Sequence record: PP942979.1
Strand: one strand, 5' to 3'
Length of the DNA stretch: 64,000 nt
The translations under genes and the position numbers were made by a program. Below the pieces are notes generated by a model. That model did not search any database and was not told where the DNA came from. It saw only the letters and a list, made by a program, of their open reading frames with translations. Within the stretch, counting starts at the first letter, position 1, and the number at the start of each line of letters is the position of its first letter. This document shows, piece by piece, positions 8,342 through 17,870 of the stretch.

Positions 8342-10186
8342 ATGATTGAAGTAAACTGCTTTGCTGATCTGCGTACAACCAAACCTGAGAAAGCTGGCGC
8401 TCTGGCTTTACTAGCTCGCTACTACGACAAAGACAGTAAGTTCCGTGGTGGTGGTTGGTTCATCGGTTACCCTCAGAAAGACGTTCCGGCAGACGATGGT
8501 GGTATCATCGCTGTAGGTAAAGACGACAAAGGCAACCCGTTTTTCTGGCAGCGCGTTGTCAATGACCCTGAAGAGATCAACATTCTTCACTTCGGTGGTA
8601 AGTGTGACGGCAAGACAGATGACAGTGATGCGTATCGCCGCAACTTCATGTGGGTGTTCAATATGAAAGACGGTAGTGACACGCTGGGTGTTAAGCTGCC
8701 GTCAGGTACAACTGTTCTCAATCCGATGGACTTCACTGACTTGGGTGAGATTCCGGTATTCGCCATGTACGGCGATACTCGCTGTCTTAAAGGCTGGCGC
8801 CCTCGTGTCAAGGTCATTAGTAATCAGGGCGACAAGCAGGTAATCAAAGTCAAGGCGCGCCGCACCGTAATTCAAGGCATCAACTGGAACGGTCAGTGCT
8901 ATCCAAAAGTTGACGGCAAGAAGGTTGACGTGGCGACCATTGCTGGTGCAGTAATGCCTGAGCAACGTAGCAACAACCAAATCTTCTTTGAGAACATCTG
9001 TGCGATGGGTCAGTACGTAGGTGTTCACTGTTTCCGCGCAGAGAACACTGGCGGCTCTGCACTCAAATTTCAGGACACTATCGACACGTCAATCACTGAG
9101 ATCTATGGCTCGAAAATCTTCGGTGCTGTGCTTGAAGCCAAGTGGTCTAACACGAAAGAAGCAGGCTGGAACCACTCTACTGCTGTACGCCTTGAGAACG
9201 GTAACTTCCAGTACGGCTACGGTCCTGCTGTACTCGATATGCCACGCATGACTCAAGCGTTCATGAAGAACATCTGGATTGAGCATACGCGCTTCCCCGG
9301 TAATCTGAATGACGGTCAGTGGGTATTCGAAGGCAACTCTATCGAAAGCTCTGACAACCCTCTGAATCTCGCCAACACTCGTTGCGTTATTAACGGCTTC
9401 TACTTCCAGGGCAAAGGCACCATGACTCTGGAACGCGCTAAGAGTCCTGATAACTGGCTGTCAGGCTACGAGCGCGGTAACATCCGAACTGAGACCTACG
9501 GCATCATCATGACCGATGCGTGTTTCCGTCCGGGTTACTACACTGGCTATAAAGTAACGAACACAACTGATCAGGACAAGTGGTTCTATATCGGTGACTT
9601 CTCGTTCCCTAAAGTCGGCCAGATTTGGCAGATCGAGTTCCTGTCTAATCACAACGCTCAGGTACCTAACGTCAAGCTGCAACAACCAGCAGACATGGAA
9701 GGTATGGGCCGTCGTGTTATTACTATGCAACGCTGCACGGTGCCTAATGCGAAGGTCTATGCCGATATGCACTGCATGGGCAAAGATGCAATTGTCGATG
9801 TTGTGTACCAGCGCCTGTGGGATACTCATGGTAAGGTGTTTATCAAAGTCGCAGCCAAAGCAGGCGATGTGATTTTCAACCTGACCACTACCGGTCCGAC
9901 TCGTTTCGAAGAAGGCATCTGTACCCTTTACTCTGATGGTCCTGTTGAGTGCGTTGGTGAGCTACTGACAGAAATGACCACCAGCGTTGAAAAGAACCTG
10001 AAAGACTATGCTCGCCCTCAATCTCGTTTCAGTCTGCATAACGGACTGGCGGGCATTGGCGCAAACGAGCAAGGCGTCATCACAATGCAGACCAAAGAAG
10101 GCTCTGCTCCTAAAGACCCTACCAAGCCTGCAGGCTATACGACAATCAACATCAACGGTGTTGATCGACTCGTTCCCTACTATTGA
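8342..10186 (+). CDS. Tailspike-like beta-helix protein / putative polysaccharide depolymerase (AmsF/WceF-like)
   Basis: N-terminal GGGWF..DDGGII..W.R and NILHFGGKCDGKTDDSDA (pectate-lyase-3-like start of a beta-helix); Asn/Gly/aromatic-rich body; C-terminal ININGVDRLVPYY. Confidence 0.6.
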   Translation: MIEVNCFADLRTTKPEKAGALALLARYYDKDSKFRGGGWFIGYPQKDVPADDGGIIAVGKDDKGNPFFWQRVVNDPEEINILHFGGKCDGKTDDSDAYRRNFMWVFNMKDGSDTLGVKLPSGTTVLNPMDFTDLGEIPVFAMYGDTRCLKGWRPRVKVISNQGDKQVIKVKARRTVIQGINWNGQCYPKVDGKKVDVATIAGAVMPEQRSNNQIFFENICAMGQYVGVHCFRAENTGGSALKFQDTIDTSITEIYGSKIFGAVLEAKWSNTKEAGWNHSTAVRLENGNFQYGYGPAVLDMPRMTQAFMKNIWIEHTRFPGNLNDGQWVFEGNSIESSDNPLNLANTRCVINGFYFQGKGTMTLERAKSPDNWLSGYERGNIRTETYGIIMTDACFRPGYYTGYKVTNTTDQDKWFYIGDFSFPKVGQIWQIEFLSNHNAQVPNVKLQQPADMEGMGRRVITMQRCTVPNAKVYADMHCMGKDAIVDVVYQRLWDTHGKVFIKVAAKAGDVIFNLTTTGPTRFEEGICTLYSDGPVECVGELLTEMTTSVEKNLKDYARPQSRFSLHNGLAGIGANEQGVITMQTKEGSAPKDPTKPAGYTTININGVDRLVPYY

Positions 10187-10192
10187 TCACAC

Positions 10193-10215
10193 GAGGGGCG
10201 CAATGCCCCTCTTTT
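10193..10215 (+). terminator. Intrinsic terminator
   Basis: GAGGGGC-GCAAT-GCCCCTC followed by TTTT. Confidence 0.8.
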
Positions 10216-10269
10216 CATTCTGTGACTTAACTCAAACGCAATGCTCCAGAGATGCAACTATGCAAATAA

Positions 10270-10314
10270 TAGGCTGAAATAGGTCTATATACGCACATGC
10301 GCCTGTGATACACT
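10270..10314 (+). promoter_or_regulatory. Conserved phage promoter P1 (variant box)
   Basis: TAGGCTGAAAT box 39 bp before TG-A-TACACT. Confidence 0.6.
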
Positions 10315-10367
10315 ATATGCAGACGCTACACGTCGTAGCGCACACAACTCATGCTAAGGGGCATACA

Positions 10368-11066
10368 ATGAAAGCAGCAAACTTTGATAAAGCATTCAAC
10401 GCGAAAGACGAAGCAACCTTAAACGCATACGCTGATCGTATTCAGCAAGCACTTAACGCTCTGGGCCGTTATGACCTGAAGATCAAAATCATCTTCGGTA
10501 CCGACCCGTTCAGCGAGTTCCCTGATTTTGTGAATGACCCGAACGGTTTTCGTGTCGTCCAGAACAACGAAGAAGTTTTCGATATATACACGCCGACCGA
10601 GAGACATATTGAAGGCGACGCGTCACAAACTTTCGTCTACGCGGCAATCGGCGGCGTAGAAGCCTCCAAGTGGGGAAAAGAAGTTTCCGATAAAGACGTT
10701 GAAGAAATCGCCGCTGACCTGAACGAAGAAATCGAACGTGCGGGCCGTATGTTTTATGAAGAAGATCGCGCAATGCTGCAAGAAATTGCAGACAAGCTCA
10801 ACTCTCAGATGCAGCGCGCCGACGCTCGCGTGATCGTTACAAACGGTGCCGAAGACAATCTCATTCTTATGGTTGTCGGTTATGCTGATGGTGAAGTCAG
10901 TGACGAGTACGGTTTCTTCTTAGACCTGCCGTACACTGATGAAGACGCCGCTGATACAAACTACGTCCTGCACTATGCAGGTTACCCAGATATGAACGAT
11001 CACACGTTCACTTCTGAATCGCTCGATGAAATCTCAAAAGAGATCGAAACACTCGACCTGCTGTAA
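10368..11066 (+). CDS. Acidic hypothetical protein
   Basis: AAGGGG RBS before ATG 10368, downstream of P1. Confidence 0.75.
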   Translation: MKAANFDKAFNAKDEATLNAYADRIQQALNALGRYDLKIKIIFGTDPFSEFPDFVNDPNGFRVVQNNEEVFDIYTPTERHIEGDASQTFVYAAIGGVEASKWGKEVSDKDVEEIAADLNEEIERAGRMFYEEDRAMLQEIADKLNSQMQRADARVIVTNGAEDNLILMVVGYADGEVSDEYGFFLDLPYTDEDAADTNYVLHYAGYPDMNDHTFTSESLDEISKEIETLDLL

Positions 11067-11127
11067 TCGCTAACACTGACTGCGGGGTTACGGCCCCGCT
11101 TACTTACTTCTATATAGAGACACGACC

Positions 11128-11748
11128 ATGACTATGCACATCACTACTTTCTTTGTTAAACGCTCTTACGCTTCTCTGGCTGCTGGTTCATTCACTATTG
11201 CTTCGAAGCAAGTGCAAGAGCTGGTGGAATCTGAGGTCTTTATCGTGTACGCAAACACGGGGTTGGGCAACGCATTCGCTGTACGCAACATCACCCTGAC
11301 GCCTGTTGATGAAGCAAACGTGCGTGTTGAGTTCGACCCGCTGACCGACGTTCACGCAATGCCGTCTAGTGTTCTGCCCAAAGAGAGTCTGACTGAAAGC
11401 ACACAGCAATATCTCATGGCGCCGGATGACGTGGCCGCTGCCCCTCGCTTCTGCGTATCTAACCACGCATCAGGCAACGAGCCTAACATGTTGTGTCTGA
11501 ACCATGATGTACGTGAGCGCCTGATTCAATATAAGGGCGGCATGATCAGTCTCACTGAGCTGGTGCTGGTGCTTCACGACCAAGATATTTCAGTGACCGA
11601 CATTCATCAACACCGTCGCAACAAAGAGAAGTACGTGGCGCAGATCACAGAGCGCACCTCACACGTTATCGAACTGTCGAAAGACAACGGCGTTAAGCAG
11701 CACGATAGCGACTTCCCATTGCTTGCTCGCCTGAACGTGTATCTCTAA
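11128..11748 (+). CDS. Hypothetical protein (206 aa)
   Basis: ORF in a co-oriented array. Confidence 0.7.
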   Translation: MTMHITTFFVKRSYASLAAGSFTIASKQVQELVESEVFIVYANTGLGNAFAVRNITLTPVDEANVRVEFDPLTDVHAMPSSVLPKESLTESTQQYLMAPDDVAAAPRFCVSNHASGNEPNMLCLNHDVRERLIQYKGGMISLTELVLVLHDQDISVTDIHQHRRNKEKYVAQITERTSHVIELSKDNGVKQHDSDFPLLARLNVYL

Positions 11749-11759
11749 TCAACATAGCT

Positions 11760-11804
11760 TTGGACAAAAGCGCCGTTGTGCTCTAACGCTCAATGGCGTA
11801 CTAT
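11760..11804 (+). promoter_or_regulatory. Conserved phage promoter P2
   Basis: TTGGACAAAA box, TTGTGC -35, 17-bp spacer, TACTAT -10. Confidence 0.65.
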
Positions 11805-11851
11805 GTAATCTCTAGCGCAATGACGCGCTCAACAATGAAAGAGGCAATATC

Positions 11852-12097
11852 ATGTCAGAGAAACAAATCACACTCGATCTTATCGCAGACGTAGCATCGC
11901 CAACTGAAATCATCTTTGAAGATGGCGAGTCTTCTAACGACTGGCTCAAGCCGTATGACCTGCGCCTGGCTGTTACGCAGACTGTCGGCCCGAACGGCTA
12001 TCCCGAAGTTGCAATCATCGGCCAAGAAGATGATCTGCGTCGCTTCTTGGCTGAGAAGCTGCCTGACACTGACGGCGAACTCGAAGACGTGCGTTAA
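11852..12097 (+). CDS. Small acidic hypothetical protein
   Basis: GAGG RBS; followed by a hairpin at 12102-12124. Confidence 0.7.
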   Translation: MSEKQITLDLIADVASPTEIIFEDGESSNDWLKPYDLRLAVTQTVGPNGYPEVAIIGQEDDLRRFLAEKLPDTDGELEDVR

Positions 12098-12146
12098 TCT
12101 TATGGGGCCTCGTGCCCCATTTCTACTTTCTGCCTGAGATACGACT

Positions 12147-12635
12147 ATGAAAAACCAATATCTGATTCTTCGCATGAGCCCTGCTGATTTATACGACAAT
12201 CAATTTCTGATGCGCGGCTTCAATCGCAAACGTATCGAAAACGTCATTGGCGTTATCGTTGTCGTGGACCACTCCGACAGCATGTATCACCTGTCGCGTG
12301 TTCAAGTTGACCTGTTGCAGTCTGACACACAGCAGAACTGGGCAAGACTGAGTTGGTCTAGCATAGATCGTGAGAGCATTGACTTAGGCATGCGCAGCCT
12401 GCCGCCTGAGCTGGCTATTGCCATTCGCGCTATGCGAAACAATCGCATGTATCATACCGTCGATACAAAAATCCCTGTGGCGTTTCGTGATCGTCACACT
12501 AACTTCGCCTACACGACGAGCGCCGTACGCAAGATTGCTAACAGAGAAACGAAGTCACTCGACGACTTCACTGTAGAAGAAATCGTAGCGCACCTGAAAC
12601 AGCGTCTTGGCGTTGAGATTGAAATCAAACTGTAA
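12147..12635 (+). CDS. Hypothetical protein (162 aa)
   Basis: ORF in array. Confidence 0.7.
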   Translation: MKNQYLILRMSPADLYDNQFLMRGFNRKRIENVIGVIVVVDHSDSMYHLSRVQVDLLQSDTQQNWARLSWSSIDRESIDLGMRSLPPELAIAIRAMRNNRMYHTVDTKIPVAFRDRHTNFAYTTSAVRKIANRETKSLDDFTVEEIVAHLKQRLGVEIEIKL

Positions 12636-12682
12636 ACACTTAAGGCTCACACTGTGTGGGCCGTTTCTATTTGGAGAATGCT

Positions 12683-12943
12683 ATGATTTATGAACGCGAA
12701 GAACTTGAGGCGATGCCTCTCGATGTGCTGTATAACCTCGCTGGCGCTAAAGGTCTGTTAGACGATCTGACAGACGATGATGACGCGCCTGATCGTGAAG
12801 CGCTGACTGAAATGATTCTCGAATCGCAGTCACTCGAACAGCAGGCAGACGAAGACGCTGCCGACAAGCAATGCGCCGAAGATGATCGCGACCCGCGCAT
12901 CAATCGTCGTGATGGCCAAGACGGCTCGGATGATTACTGCTAA
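12683..12943 (+). CDS. Small acidic protein with a Rho-N/HeH-like two-helix module
   Basis: GGAG RBS; LEAMPLDVLYNLAGAKGL...DREALTEMILE pattern. Confidence 0.6.
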   Translation: MIYEREELEAMPLDVLYNLAGAKGLLDDLTDDDDAPDREALTEMILESQSLEQQADEDAADKQCAEDDRDPRINRRDGQDGSDDYC

Positions 12944-13161
12944 TGTCACCTACTGAACTGAACGAATACCTACATCTGGTGCTGACGCCTGTTGCTATGG
13001 CGTGGCGTGAACAGTTTCCCAAAAAGAAACAAGTGATCGCTTCGGTGAAAACGCCGTACTCTTGTCGTATCAAGTTCGTCGAAGACCAAGAAGTTGAGAA
13101 GCAGTGGCAGGCATTCTGCCGCACTCACGGTCTCAAGAACGAAGAAACACTCGAAATCTAA
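12943..13161 (+). CDS. Hypothetical protein (72 aa)
   Basis: TAATG translational coupling; followed by a terminator. Confidence 0.65.
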   Translation: MSPTELNEYLHLVLTPVAMAWREQFPKKKQVIASVKTPYSCRIKFVEDQEVEKQWQAFCRTHGLKNEETLEI

Positions 13162-13164
13162 ATC

Positions 13165-13194
13165 AAAGGGCTGCCATTGCTGGTGGCCCTTTTT
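13165..13194 (+). terminator. Intrinsic terminator
   Basis: AAAGGGCTGCCA-TTGC-TGGTGGCCCTTT followed by TT. Confidence 0.8.
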
Positions 13195-13239
13195 CATTTC
13201 TGTAAATAACTCGTACAACAATCAACGCGAGTCACTACA

Positions 13240-13605
13240 ATGCGCCGCTTCATTCTCGTTCTCAATGTCACTCAGGCAGAGCTAGACGCCAGCCACTTCA
13301 TGCAAATCAAACTCAACATCATAAGCACCCTGCGCCGAGCCGCCTGTGTTCTGCTTGTTGTGCGTGAGACGAAACAGGTCATGTGTGTTTCTGAACTGAC
13401 CTTTCAAACTGCGTCAGGCAATCTCAAGCGTGTTGACTTCGACGCACCTCGCGATGTTACTGCGCACGTTATCAAATACAACGAACTGATGATGGCTATG
13501 GCAAACAACGCCAGAGACCTCAGCGTTCGTCACTTTGGCCGGCAGGTCGAGCTAGATACAGCCGACACCAAACGCCTGTTCACTCAACTGGAGATTATTG
13601 CATGA
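13240..13605 (+). CDS. Hypothetical protein (121 aa)
   Basis: ORF coupled to the next gene. Confidence 0.65.
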   Translation: MRRFILVLNVTQAELDASHFMQIKLNIISTLRRAACVLLVVRETKQVMCVSELTFQTASGNLKRVDFDAPRDVTAHVIKYNELMMAMANNARDLSVRHFGRQVELDTADTKRLFTQLEIIA

Positions 13606-13847
13606 GTCAGTCATTAGGCGCCTCGCTTGGCGCTCGCTTTGCTGTTAGCTCACAAGAGAATATCGAACGCCGTAAGAAGCGTGACCCGAAAAACAAAACG
13701 CTGACCTGCGCTGGCACAACGGCTCAATACAACGCAATCGGAGTGCTGGCTAACAAACTCGATGTAAGCCGTTCGCGTGTTATCGAAATGGCCATCGAAG
13801 AACTGCTGGCTAAACACAATATCAAAGTCGGCGGTGATAATGACTGA
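13602..13847 (+). CDS. Ribbon-helix-helix (CopG-like) DNA-binding protein
   Basis: TLTCAGTTAQYNAIGVLANKLDVSRSRVIEMAIEELL follows the RHH pattern. Confidence 0.55.
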   Translation: MSQSLGASLGARFAVSSQENIERRKKRDPKNKTLTCAGTTAQYNAIGVLANKLDVSRSRVIEMAIEELLAKHNIKVGGDND

Positions 13848-14202
13848 CACGCATATCTACTGCCGTCTGTATGGTGTGCAGCATCGTCTAAAGATTACCG
13901 CCTTCAACTTTATGAAGCAGCCAAACATGATCACTGTCGATTCGTCTGATGTTCTCAAGATGATGCCGCTGATTAATGTGGGTGCAGCCTATGATACATA
14001 TACGCCGTACAATGTACTCAAGGCAGGGCAGGCTGACTTCAAGATTCGCCTGATCGAAAGAACTGATGCGCATGTCTGGCGCTACGTGTTCGAAGACTAT
14101 CGCGGTCAGATGTTTGAAACGTTCTTGATTCGGAGACACTATGAAACGCCTAGGGATTGTAACGGTGTTGTCATTAAAGGACAAACAACCCAAATCATGT
14201 GA
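13840..14202 (+). CDS. Hypothetical protein
   Basis: Overlapping ATG 13840. Confidence 0.65.
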   Translation: MTDTHIYCRLYGVQHRLKITAFNFMKQPNMITVDSSDVLKMMPLINVGAAYDTYTPYNVLKAGQADFKIRLIERTDAHVWRYVFEDYRGQMFETFLIRRHYETPRDCNGVVIKGQTTQIM

Positions 14203-14776
14203 TCTCGATATTGTGCCTGTGTCGAAAGACGAAGAATGGGGCTCACTGAGTCCCTTTCATTTAGGGCCGTGTCGAACGCCTGACGGTACGATGTTTCTCA
14301 ACATGGAGAATCTCTGGCAGTACAGCAAAGTGTACGACGACCATGTTATCAATTCGAATGACCTGTTCCTTGGTGAGATCTCAAGTGACTGGTGGCAGTG
14401 GCATTTGAAGGGAAGTAAATCACAACAGGCGCATCGCTATCCTATGGGAAAAGGCCAGAAGGCTTTATTCTCCAAATGGGGCGACTTGCGCCTTTCGTAC
14501 ATTTCGGCACGTAAACAAATCTATGTGCCTGAGTATGCGAAGCTGGTTGTGCAGCAGCCGAAGTTCAGGCGCTTGTTGAAAGAGTATAGGAAAGGTGCGC
14601 ACATAGTTTTACGAGACTATGACACCTACGATATTCTTCGTGCCTACCCCGATGCGCGTAGCCCGTGGGTATCGGCAATCGAAAACAACAATGCAAAGTT
14701 CGGCCATGCGTTTGTTATCGCACTGTGCCTGTTATTCCACGAAAGACCACTTTGGTATAATCAATGGATAATATAA
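14141..14776 (+). CDS. Conserved hypothetical protein (DUF6939/NADAR-like motifs, uncertain)
   Basis: LSPFHLGP, MENLWQYSKVY, RYPMGKG and YISARKQIYVPEY motifs. Confidence 0.6.
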   Translation: MKRLGIVTVLSLKDKQPKSCDLDIVPVSKDEEWGSLSPFHLGPCRTPDGTMFLNMENLWQYSKVYDDHVINSNDLFLGEISSDWWQWHLKGSKSQQAHRYPMGKGQKALFSKWGDLRLSYISARKQIYVPEYAKLVVQQPKFRRLLKEYRKGAHIVLRDYDTYDILRAYPDARSPWVSAIENNNAKFGHAFVIALCLLFHERPLWYNQWII

Positions 14777-15081
14777 AATACGAAGCCTGCATCGATCTAT
14801 TCACACGCGCCGGAAACATGAACCTCCCGATTCTGCCTAAGTGTGAACTACAGGCCTCTCTATTCGATCAGTATACGAAAAAGCGAATACCAGTTCGCTT
14901 CAACGCCACAAACGTAATCAAGATCAATGGCGCTACCTGCGGTAGTCTGCAAATCTTCGACTGTGTTAATCTGATCATCTGGTCATCGTTTGATGTTAAT
15001 CGCTTTACGCTGTATGTCGAGCGAGTACACAAGGCAGACGTGTCAGAGAGCGCCCAGCAGTCTGTCGAACTCTGCAAATAA
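14764..15081 (+). CDS. Hypothetical protein (105 aa)
   Basis: Overlapping ORF in array. Confidence 0.6.
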   Translation: MDNIKYEACIDLFTRAGNMNLPILPKCELQASLFDQYTKKRIPVRFNATNVIKINGATCGSLQIFDCVNLIIWSSFDVNRFTLYVERVHKADVSESAQQSVELCK

Positions 15082-15126
15082 CTGGTCAAAATAGCCGTTC
15101 TTTTCAGTACCAGTTTATGTTATACT
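15082..15126 (+). promoter_or_regulatory. Conserved phage promoter P3
   Basis: GCAAATAA-CTGGTCAAAAT box 39 bp before TG-T-TATACT. Confidence 0.8.
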
Positions 15127-15172
15127 GAGAGCGAGCGCTATTGCTCATAAAACTCAAGCTGAGGAGCTTAAC

Positions 15173-15490
15173 ATGTCATCTTCTACTACTCTGACTTTCA
15201 TCTTCCCTGAAATGACCACTCTGGAAGTTTCTATCGGCAACGGCGTTGTGCCACAATATCTGGGTCTCGCGGAAAACCGAGACATAACATTCAGCGACAT
15301 TAAGGCGTTGCGCCTGATGCAAGACTCAAACGTTATCGGAGTAATGAGTCGCTTCGACCAGTCGATGCTGAATATGCTGATCGCTCGCCACGAAACGAAC
15401 GAGCATATCCGCTGCCGTGACGCCATTGAGAATGGCAGCGAGTATTTCCCATCTACTTGTCTCTACCTGAAAGTAGCGCATCACCGCTAA
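15173..15490 (+). CDS. Hypothetical protein (105 aa)
   Basis: GAGGAG RBS; terminator at 15499-15521. Confidence 0.75.
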   Translation: MSSSTTLTFIFPEMTTLEVSIGNGVVPQYLGLAENRDITFSDIKALRLMQDSNVIGVMSRFDQSMLNMLIARHETNEHIRCRDAIENGSEYFPSTCLYLKVAHHR

Positions 15491-15553
15491 GATTTGTGAA
15501 GGGCATTTGCGAGTGCCCTTTGAAAATCAAACCCACGTTCTGAGGAGAACAAA

Positions 15554-15910
15554 ATGACTTCTACTGAAATGCCACGCGATGCCCGTGCCTTTGACGACCT
15601 CGACAACAACGGCTTCTTGCGTATCACTAACTGCCTGTCGATCATTCTTTCTCGTGGCGACTTAGAACTCGTTACTGATATTGCAGATCGCACCGTCACA
15701 GTTAAGTATCGCACTGGCGCTGTGAACAAACTCGGACACGGACACGTTGTTCTGCGTTTCCCGTCTGAGGTCATTCAGTCTGATGTTCTTGAAGACTTCG
15801 AAGTGACCGTCGATAAAGACATTGTGATTCTTATCGAACGCCAGTACAGTTCGGCTGGAACGTTCCAGCGCATTGCAGGCGTGATTGAAGGTCTGATGTA
15901 CAAACTGTGA
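15554..15910 (+). CDS. Hypothetical protein (118 aa)
   Basis: GAGGAG RBS. Confidence 0.75.
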   Translation: MTSTEMPRDARAFDDLDNNGFLRITNCLSIILSRGDLELVTDIADRTVTVKYRTGAVNKLGHGHVVLRFPSEVIQSDVLEDFEVTVDKDIVILIERQYSSAGTFQRIAGVIEGLMYKL

Positions 15911-15974
15911 TTGTTGCTCGCAGGTTCTTACGAGAGCCTGCTGTCAACATAACCCATAAGCTGAGGAGCTTAAC

Positions 15975-16379
15975 ATGAAACAGTACCCGCAACGTGGCCG
16001 TGTGTACACACTGAAAGAAATTGAGAACGACCTTGAACTGCGTGACACTCCGTTCTTGCGCTTCGTACCGCAGAAAGTACGTTACGTTGGAATGCCTGCT
16101 GGTATTCAGGTCATTCAGCAGGCGCACATTGCTGACCTGTCTGAGCTTGAGGGTTGGGCAGACACCAAATGGTCTTACGTGCGTGAGACCGAAGAATGGA
16201 TTCCGCTGTTCCGTGCTGTAGACGATGCTACAATCGAATCGCTCTGTGTTATCGAGCCTGACGTGTCGCAGTTCCGTTCTGACAACACGTTGTTCATCTA
16301 CCCGAAAGGCACTGAGTGCAAACAGTATGATGGGTACGATGAAGCAGTTCACGGCGATCTGCTTGAACGCGACGAATAA
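15975..16379 (+). CDS. Hypothetical protein (134 aa)
   Basis: GAGGAG RBS; terminator at 16386-16416. Confidence 0.75.
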   Translation: MKQYPQRGRVYTLKEIENDLELRDTPFLRFVPQKVRYVGMPAGIQVIQQAHIADLSELEGWADTKWSYVRETEEWIPLFRAVDDATIESLCVIEPDVSQFRSDNTLFIYPKGTECKQYDGYDEAVHGDLLERDE

Positions 16380-16435
16380 CAAACAGGGATGCTCACGCTG
16401 GTGGGTGTCCCATTTTACGTTCAGGGAGGTTTCCT

Positions 16436-16888
16436 ATGGAAATGTTTGACCGCTCAAATGTGATAAGCGCAATCATGCGCAACCTGAAAGACGTGCGTAA
16501 GATAAAAGACCTGCGCACGTTCGACGACAAGGTTTACTTTCGGCTTAACGACAAAGACTACTTTGTTTCTGGCAAACACCCAGAGTTGAAAGTTGTCTGT
16601 CAAGGTCAGTACGACTACGAGATGATGGCACAACTCAACTTTGTGTATCGTCGTAAGATGAAGCCCAACACTGATACGCCGATGCGCCTTGCTCGTATCG
16701 CTATGGGTGTGACGCTTGTTCAGGTAGCCAAAGAGATCGATGTAGATGCAGGCAACCTGAGCCGTATCGAACGGGGCATTCAGATCCCGGCGATGGAGGT
16801 AGCAGAGCGCATCGCCAAGTATTTCAATAACACAATAACAGCCATTCAAATTTGTCATCCAACTTATAAGGGAAAAACTAATGCTTAG
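16436..16888 (+). CDS. XRE/Cro-CI family HTH transcriptional regulator (C-terminal HTH)
   Basis: MRLARIAMGVTLVQVAKEIDVDAGNLSRIERGIQIPAMEVAERIAKYF is a canonical HTH_XRE pattern; GGAGG RBS. Confidence 0.8.
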   Translation: MEMFDRSNVISAIMRNLKDVRKIKDLRTFDDKVYFRLNDKDYFVSGKHPELKVVCQGQYDYEMMAQLNFVYRRKMKPNTDTPMRLARIAMGVTLVQVAKEIDVDAGNLSRIERGIQIPAMEVAERIAKYFNNTITAIQICHPTYKGKTNA

Positions 16889-17420
16889 CCAAATCACTCA
16901 TATCATCCAAGTGATGATGACCAGCCTGAAAGATGTTCGTGCTGTCGAAGAAGTTCGTATCATCGGAGACAAAGCTGTACGTTTCCGTACTAACGGCAAA
17001 ACGTTTGACGTGCGTGGTCATTACCCGCTGTTCTGTGTGCATGAGATTGAAGGCTCCTGCATGTGTGGATCGAAAGATGCCTACGAGATCGAACGTCAAC
17101 TCAACGGCGGACCTATTGAAAGTCAGGACGAAGAAGCCTTCGCGCATGACTCCCACGAAGAAGCGGTTAACGATCTGCTATGCAATCACGTTGATAGCAT
17201 GGAAGAAGATCGTGTACGCGCATACAATGAAGAATGCGGCGGTCCTGACTTGGACCCAATCAACGGTCAACGCGTTTGGTTGAAAGCACACTTCATCCAT
17301 ATCAGTGCGGAAATCCCAAGCATGTTGGAGACCGTGATGTTCATGGAAGGTAAAGAGCGCTACGAGCAACTGCGTCGCGCAATCAAAGAGATTTACTCAC
17401 CTAAACCAAAAGTAGCCTAA
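16881..17420 (+). CDS. Hypothetical protein (179 aa)
   Basis: Coupled ORF. Confidence 0.7.
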   Translation: MLSQITHIIQVMMTSLKDVRAVEEVRIIGDKAVRFRTNGKTFDVRGHYPLFCVHEIEGSCMCGSKDAYEIERQLNGGPIESQDEEAFAHDSHEEAVNDLLCNHVDSMEEDRVRAYNEECGGPDLDPINGQRVWLKAHFIHISAEIPSMLETVMFMEGKERYEQLRRAIKEIYSPKPKVA

Positions 17421-17432
17421 GAGGAAGTAGCA

Positions 17433-17870
17433 ATGAGCGAAATAGATATTCTGATCCGAGAGTTTGAGCGGGCGTATCTCAAGTCACTGGAATCACCTTG
17501 GGGTAACGTTGCGTATCATGTTCACGACCTGCACCCTGAGATGAAGAACATCCAACTGTACTTGCGCTTTCGCACCCAGTTTCAATGTCTCTGGAATCGA
17601 CCTGTGCTAGTGTTGTCAACAATCAACGTGACAAATCCGGGACAAGGCGAGTTCTCGAAGTTACTCGCACGTACCAAAGAGATGTGTCGTCAGCGTGATT
17701 GGATTCTGCAAGTCGAAAACGTCCTGACGCCGAAGTTTAGAAAGTTTCTACAGCGTGGTGGATTCAAACCATTCGGCATTGATAAAGACGTGCCAATCGG
17801 TAGCCTCTATTGGTTCCACGACGAAACAATCCCGCAGCAATGTGCGATGTACAGGGAGAGAGGTGTATGA
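17433..17870 (+). CDS. Putative GNAT-fold acetyltransferase-like protein
   Basis: INVTNPGQGEFSKLL resembles the motif A Q/RxxGxG; ENVLTPKFRKFLQRGGF resembles motif B. Confidence 0.5.
   Translation: MSEIDILIREFERAYLKSLESPWGNVAYHVHDLHPEMKNIQLYLRFRTQFQCLWNRPVLVLSTINVTNPGQGEFSKLLARTKEMCRQRDWILQVENVLTPKFRKFLQRGGFKPFGIDKDVPIGSLYWFHDETIPQQCAMYRERGV

Noticed and set aside
8143-8349. 68-aa + strand ORF and the 29-codon N-terminal extension of the tailspike-like gene
   Set aside because: No RBS and atypical composition. The GAGG RBS supports a start at 8342.
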